This document shows positions 37,427 through 38,612 of a stretch of DNA of 38,612 nt, piece after piece. The stretch's first letter is position 1. Each line of letters starts with the position of its first letter. A model generated the notes under the pieces. That model was not told the DNA's origin. It did no database searches and was given only the letters and a program-made list of their open reading frames with translations. This stretch comes from Gammaproteobacteria bacterium (GTDB lineage Bacteria > Pseudomonadota > Gammaproteobacteria > Granulosicoccales > Granulosicoccaceae), in assembly GCA_003511825.1 (NCBI GenBank), contig DOIU01000060.1:1-38612 (forward strand), read 5' to 3'. A program made the translations under genes and the position numbers.

Positions 37427-38612
37427 ATGTTTCAGTTTTTCGAGAATCTGATAGACCCGCTCGCCCAGCACGACGTCGTCCGTCCTCCCCAGACGGTTAA
37501 GGGCTTTATCCTGCATTTTCTATTTCCATTCCGTTATTTGCTGGCATTGACTTTGGTGCTGACCGGGATTTCAGCCGTGACGGATCTGTTGTTGTACACA
37601 TTTCTGGCGAAGATTGTCGATTGGATGACGGTGACGCCGGCGGAGGCATTTTGGGAAAGCCACGGCATGGCGCTCCTGGGTATGTTCGCGGTTGTTGCGA
37701 TTGCTCGGCCGGTATTTCTGATCTCATCTCGGGCCTTGATTAATCTGGCGATTACGCCGGGTTTGGCCAATACGGTGCGATGGCGCAATCATCGCTATGT
37801 GTTGCGCCAGAGTTTGCACTATTTCTATGGCGATTTTGCGGGCCGAATTTCGCAAAAGGTGATGCAAACCGGGGTTGCGTTAGGTGGGATGCTTCTCAAC
37901 CTGCTCGATGGGCTCTGGTTTCTGTTGATTTACTTGGTGGGCGTTTTTGTGTTGTTTACGCAAATCAACGCGCAGTTGCTGATGCCTGTGTTGGTGTGGA
38001 TGGCGGCTTACCTCTGGGTTGTTGTGTCGATGGTGCCGCCCGTGCGACAGCGGTCTGCCGATGTGTCTGAGGCCACGTCGGGGTTGACCGGGAGGCTGGT
38101 GGACAGTTACACCAATATACTGTCTGTGAAGCTGTTTGCGCACTCTGATAGAGAAGAGCGGTTTGCCGCTGAGGCTGTCGATCGGTTAACCCGCTCGACG
38201 CAGTTTATGATGCGCGCTGTGCTCAAAATGACCGCAACACTGTCTGTGCTCAATGCGTCGTTGATTGTCAGTATGGCGGGATTGTCAATTTACCTCTGGC
38301 AGCAAGGGCGTATCTCCGTGGGTGAAATCGCGATGGTCAATGGTTTGATTATCCGGCTCAACCAAATGTCGGGCTGGATACTGCGCACCATCACCGCACT
38401 TTTTGAAAGCATAGGCACCTTGCAGAATGGCATCGACACCATATCTCAGCCGAATTTATTGCCTGATAAGCCACGTGCTGGTAAGTTAGATGTGCGCCGT
38501 GGTGAAGTCACTTTCGATGCGGTGAGCTTTGGTTATCATGGCCAATCCGGTTCCGCGATTGATGCAGTGTCCCTCAATATCCAGCCGGGTGAAAAAGTCG
38601 GGTTGGTCGGGT
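37427..38612 (+). CDS. ABC exporter, fused TMD-NBD (MsbA/MdlA-like), 3'-truncated by the window edge
   Basis: MFQFFENLIDP..., HRYVLRQSLHYF.GDFAGRISQKVMQT, VDSYTNILSVKLF; open through ...IQPGEKVGLVG (Walker A start). Missing from the ORF track because there is no stop in the window. Confidence 0.9.
   Translation, partial: MFQFFENLIDPLAQHDVVRPPQTVKGFILHFLFPFRYLLALTLVLTGISAVTDLLLYTFLAKIVDWMTVTPAEAFWESHGMALLGMFAVVAIARPVFLISSRALINLAITPGLANTVRWRNHRYVLRQSLHYFYGDFAGRISQKVMQTGVALGGMLLNLLDGLWFLLIYLVGVFVLFTQINAQLLMPVLVWMAAYLWVVVSMVPPVRQRSADVSEATSGLTGRLVDSYTNILSVKLFAHSDREERFAAEAVDRLTRSTQFMMRAVLKMTATLSVLNASLIVSMAGLSIYLWQQGRISVGEIAMVNGLIIRLNQMSGWILRTITALFESIGTLQNGIDTISQPNLLPDKPRAGKLDVRRGEVTFDAVSFGYHGQSGSAIDAVSLNIQPGEKVGLVG

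Overview
Bacterial chromosomal window, most likely from a gammaproteobacterium, judging by gene order and protein styles. It has four blocks. (1) 1-4754 is an accessory stress/detox patch: a disrupted SRPBCC gene, DUF899, a GST with a SigZ-type ECF sigma factor, YbhB/YbcL with an AraC regulator, and an Asp/Glu racemase. (2) 4817-24541 is a conserved housekeeping block: hemF-tsaC-topA-dprA-LysM, divergent from def-fmt-rsmB-DUF4390-ntrY/ntrX-like-trkA-trkH, followed by a methyltransferase, TPR, lipid A acyltransferase, ICMT-like and lipoprotein genes. (3) 24600-31600 holds a DUF2325 + small Cys-rich protein operon behind a Fur-box-like site, a MetY-fold protein lacking the PLP lysine and other catalytic motifs coupled to an intact alpha/beta hydrolase, then deoC, a thioesterase and a long-type GAPDH. 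(4) 31600-38612 holds a nitronate monooxygenase remnant, a stand-alone cNMP-binding protein, an AT-richer divergent CqsS-like/CqsA-like alpha-hydroxyketone quorum-sensing pair, and a truncated ABC exporter. The sensor of this pair has an unusual architecture: two receiver domains plus an orphan C-terminal H-box-like tail, and no cognate regulator in the window. I see no rRNA, tRNA, CRISPR array or transposase. All family calls come from motif recognition, not database searches.
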